NCBI GenBank assembly: GCA_965153285.1 | Contig: OZ229112.1 | Direction: 5' to 3' (one strand) | DNA: 64,000 bases | From: Podarcis tiliguerta | Taxonomy: Eukaryota | Part shown: positions 60,531-64,000 of the stretch, in pieces | Numbering within the stretch: position 1 is the first letter of the stretch | Layout of the letters: the number at the start of each line of letters is the position of its first letter | Program-made: the position numbers and the translations under genes | The notes under the pieces: generated by a model | Seen by the model: only the letters and a program-made list of their open reading frames with translations | What the model was told of the DNA's origin: nothing | The model's database searches: none

Positions 60531-60644
60531 GTTTTTCAGGGCTTTTCTGTGAAAAGGAAGCCAAGCCATGTGACTCAGGGCCTTGCTTGAATGGTGCTGT
60601 CTGCGTGGATGATGTTGACGGGTATGGCTGTTTTTGCCCCGAAG
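60531..60644 (+). CDS. Internal coding exon of the same multi-EGF-repeat protein (phase 1-1, 114 bp)
   Basis: Strong acceptor TTTTTCTGCAG| and donor AAG|GTAAGT. Translates to (G)FSGLFCEKEAKPCDSGPCLNGAVCVDDVDGYGCFCPE(G). Confidence 0.95.
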
Positions 60645-62010
60645 GTAAGTTGTTCGACACAATGCATCTTTATTATAAGTGACAATTTGCCAAGATCGCC
60701 CGAAGATTGCAAGGTTGTCTTCGCGACGATCTTCAAAGCATTCAAAACATCCTTCCTATCAAAATAAGTTGTTCAGTCCTGAAGTTTCATTTGCATCTAT
60801 GTCCATCAAGGCAGCCTATTCGCATGAAGGTTGCAAATAGTTATATCTAAAAGTGTGAATGTATGTCTGACACGTTGCCTGTGATTCTTAACTATGTTAC
60901 AACAACAGTAGTAAAAAAAAAAATATCCACAAAAAACAACTCAAAGGCCAGTGAACTGGTCTGCCTGTTTCCTAAAAATATGTCCCCATAGGGTATAACA
61001 ACCTGAGTAAAACAAATAGTAAACTAAGATTTAGGAAGCGGTGATACATTTTCAGCACAGCACTAAGCACAAAGCATTTCCTTTTTACTCAAGAGTATAT
61101 TATTTCTTTATTTTTCCTATTGGTTATAAAATTAGGGACATACACTGTAGCTGATTTGTCACTGTGCCTTTAGTCAATTAATGGCTGTTTTAATTAAGCA
61201 TGAGCATGTCTTATCACTGGAGCTGAGAGTTAAGGGCACAGTTTCGTTTTTGGAAAACTGCAGTGTTACTGCAATGTGAAGCTTGGGGTGGAGAAGGAAT
61301 ATTAAATATCTTAATTTCTTGGAACAATGAAGAAACTGTCAAACCACTTCCACCCTCCTTACCTTTGAAGGTAAACAATTTATCCAGACCCATCCCAGCC
61401 TCACTTTACTCTCCAACTGTCCTGTTCCATCTCCACCATACACTGCCAATCCTTAACCACATGCAACATCCTGGGATATTTCATACTATCATTTTAAAAT
61501 GCATGGAATATGAATCTCTTCCCTACACTGGCACAGCACCCACACATAGAAAGAACCCTATAGGGCATAGTGGAGTCCAGTTCCCTTCCTCAAGGGCATG
61601 GCCAATTCTTCTTCTTTAGCCAAGAGCACATATCCACCCACCCTGCCCCTTCTGAAGGACCAGGAAATGGAATGGAAAGAGGCTCCATTGAGCCCTGTGG
61701 AGATTCTCTCTGAGGTAGTGACTGAGGGCAGCACTTATGGATGGGAATGGCCCGGGCACATCCTCATCCAGTCCTCCGCCGTCTGCTCAGTCCAAGTGTG
61801 TGGGTGCTGAGCTCACTTTGCCTCCCGGTGCACCATAGGGCAGACTCCACTCTGCCCTATAGGGTTCTTTCTATGTGTGAATGCTGTGTCACTGTGGGGA
61901 AGGCAGTCGTGCTCCACATATGCAGGATTTTAAATTAAAAAACAAAAACAAAAAAACCTCAGGAAGTTGCATTGCAAAATATGATTTCCACTTATTGTCG
62001 TATGAAATTA

Positions 62011-62185
62011 CAGTCATACCTCAGGTTACAGAGGCTTCAGGTTGCGTTTTTTCGGGTTACGGACACACCGAAACCCGGAAGTACCAGAATGGGTTACTTC
62101 CGGGGTTTTGGCAGTCGCACATGCACAGAAGCGCCGATTTGCAACCCACGCATGCGCATTACGTTCGCAACCCGAGCATCCATTG
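62011..62185. mobile_element. Second Tigger/pogo-like MITE family
   Basis: TA|CAGTCATACCTCAGGTTAC...GCAACCCGAGCATCCATTG|TA. Imperfect TIRs, CpG-rich, with an internal CCCGGAAGTA/TACTTCCGGG dyad. Confidence 0.8.
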
Positions 62186-63418
62186 TATATCTGATAATTT
62201 CACCAGACTTTGTTTCGATTTGTGTCCAAAAATGGAAGTGTGTGATCCGAGGATGAAGTTCAGACAGGGTAATGCAAGTGGGTTGCTCTCTTCCATCGCT
62301 GGACTCTGGGGGAAATAAAACTTGGTATTCACGGCGATAATTTTTGTGGATTGGTTGTTATCAGGAACAGAGACATGGGTCTGATTAAAGTCTGTATGTG
62401 AGTGAGATCTGTTACTGTATACATTATTAATGAACTCGGGGTAATTGTAAAGTTTTATGACTTAGGGATCAGTAGAAATTGGTTCCACGGTCATTTTGAG
62501 AAATTATGAGAATATGCCTTGCACTGTGGGTGCTGATAGCTTAGCATTAGTCATGGCCTTCCCGCAGCCATGGCCTGTGACAGCACTTAATGATAGTCAT
62601 TTTGTAGCGTGACCATGCATTAGAATAGATTTACAAGAGCATAAAATGTCACATACCAAAGTGGAGAGTTCTTTGTCAGCTCTTAGAGCAAGAAAAAAAC
62701 CCTATACACCTGGGAGTGACGATTGTCTGCAACACGGGTGCAAGGCAAGCATTCAGCTGAAAGCAAGCCATAGAAAAATAAGAAAACCCGAGCGTGAAAC
62801 TTTGTTGGCAGATTAGGCTGCAGAACTTATACAGGCTCTCTTGGTAGTTCTGCCACCATTCAAAAGTGTGAGGAATGTTTGCCTGGGGGTTGGACTTTTC
62901 CTGTGGTGGCCCCTAAATTGCAGAACTCCCTCCCCCTCAGAGGTGCATCTAGCACCGTCATTGTACAATATTTTCCACATTCATTATTAATACATTTCCA
63001 CCGACAGAAAGGATTCGTAGATGCTTCTGCCCGTCTCCTCTGGCTTAGCCAATCAAAATAATCCCTACTAGTGGGCCTCACCACTGTCTGCAGCAACTGT
63101 TTCCCCCCAGAAATGGCTTTGATGGGGCAGTGGATTCTTTTGTCCTTTCCCCTCCCCTTTCTCCTTTGCTGTACAAGAAACTGTGTGGGTGTGTCATGCA
63201 ACCTGTCAATCAGCCCACCTTAAGCCAATCCAAACCATGTGTTCTTTTTGTGAGGGTGTTCACAAGCAAGTCAGAACCATACATTCTTTTGGAATCTGCA
63301 GAGAGGAATTTCCTTCCCAGAACACTCTGTGGAAGAAACAAACAAGCTAGCCAGCCATTCTTACTAATACTGTAATAGGTTAAGATCTGGTGAAGGACAA
63401 TAACAACCTTGTAAAATA

Positions 63419-63633
63419 CAGTGGTACCTCGGGTTACATACGCTTCAAGTTACAGACTCCGCTAACCCAGAAATAATACCTTGGGTTAAGAACTTTGCTT
63501 CAGGATGAAAACAGAAATCATGCGGTGGCAGCGGGAGGCCCCATTAGCTAACGTGGTGCTTCAGGTTAAGAACAGTTTCAGGTTAAGAACGGACCTCCGG
63601 AACGAATTAAGTACGTAACCAGAGCTACCACTG
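63419..63633 (-). mobile_element. Tigger/pogo-like MITE, copy 5 (opposite orientation)
   Basis: TA|CAGTGGTACCTC...GAGCTACCACTG|TA. The internal sequence is the reverse complement of copies 1-4. Confidence 0.92.
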
Positions 63634-63842
63634 TATACAGTTTTGGGTGTGTCCCCCCCTCACCCCTTTGTTTCCCCTTCTGCACGGGTTTTGTTTCTCT
63701 TTGTCTCTTTCTCTTTTTTGTTTGTGTCTCACCATGTTTGGTGCACATACAGTTATGTACTTTTTGAACTTTCAATAAAGATGTTACTGGGGGGGAAAGC
63801 TAGCCAGCCTTGAAAAAGTAGCAGGCTTTTAAGCTTATTTTT

Positions 63843-63866
63843 GAGAGAGAGAGAGAGAGAGAGAGA
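63843..63866. repeat. (GA)n microsatellite
   Basis: About 12 GA units. Confidence 0.95.
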
Positions 63867-64000
63867 AGGCAGGAAGAGAAATGTGTGCTTTTGCTTTTAC
63901 CTTGGTTTGCTGCTGCTTAGTGTTATATATTCCTCAAAAAAACAAAATTCTGAAGTATACATTTAATGTTTCAAAATGTGTATCAATTGTGTTTTGATTT

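Noticed and set aside
6861-60644. Assigning the gene symbol EYS (or CRB1/NOTCH)
   Set aside because: Giant introns and FSGxFCExxAKPC loosely recall EYS. However, EGF repeats are generic and the first exon does not match the EYS repeat I would expect at that position, so a search is needed.
1-64000. The many short ORFs (60-209 aa) in the six-frame track
   Set aside because: Apart from Rex1 and the L2/CR1 fragments, they lack recognisable domains and are expected by chance or arise from microsatellites, SINEs and LTRs.

Overview
Vertebrate genomic DNA, most likely a lacertid lizard, inferred from its SINE, CR1, L2 and MITE families. The window is almost entirely intronic. Two phase-1 EGF-repeat exons on the + strand (6861-6965 and 60531-60644) join in frame across a ~53.6 kb intron. 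They belong to a large multi-EGF (Notch/Crumbs/EYS/fibropellin-like) gene that I cannot name with confidence. The only long ORF (1716-3758) is a young, 5'-truncated but uninterrupted Rex1/Babar retrotransposon. The rest is TE-rich: Tigger/pogo-like and hAT MITEs, CORE and tRNA-CR1 SINEs, L2 and CR1 fragments, and four different solo LTRs, all sense to the host gene. TE-poor blocks between them look like conserved non-coding elements. The most notable structures are a compound hAT element whose perfect 8-bp TSD brackets two element units plus captured DNA (26425-27632), a ~213-bp templated insertion copied from 10.6 kb away and flanked by a 34-bp duplication (18637-18918), and a possible 9-nt acceptor shift in the first EGF exon. 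All alignments were done by eye; no database searches were run.
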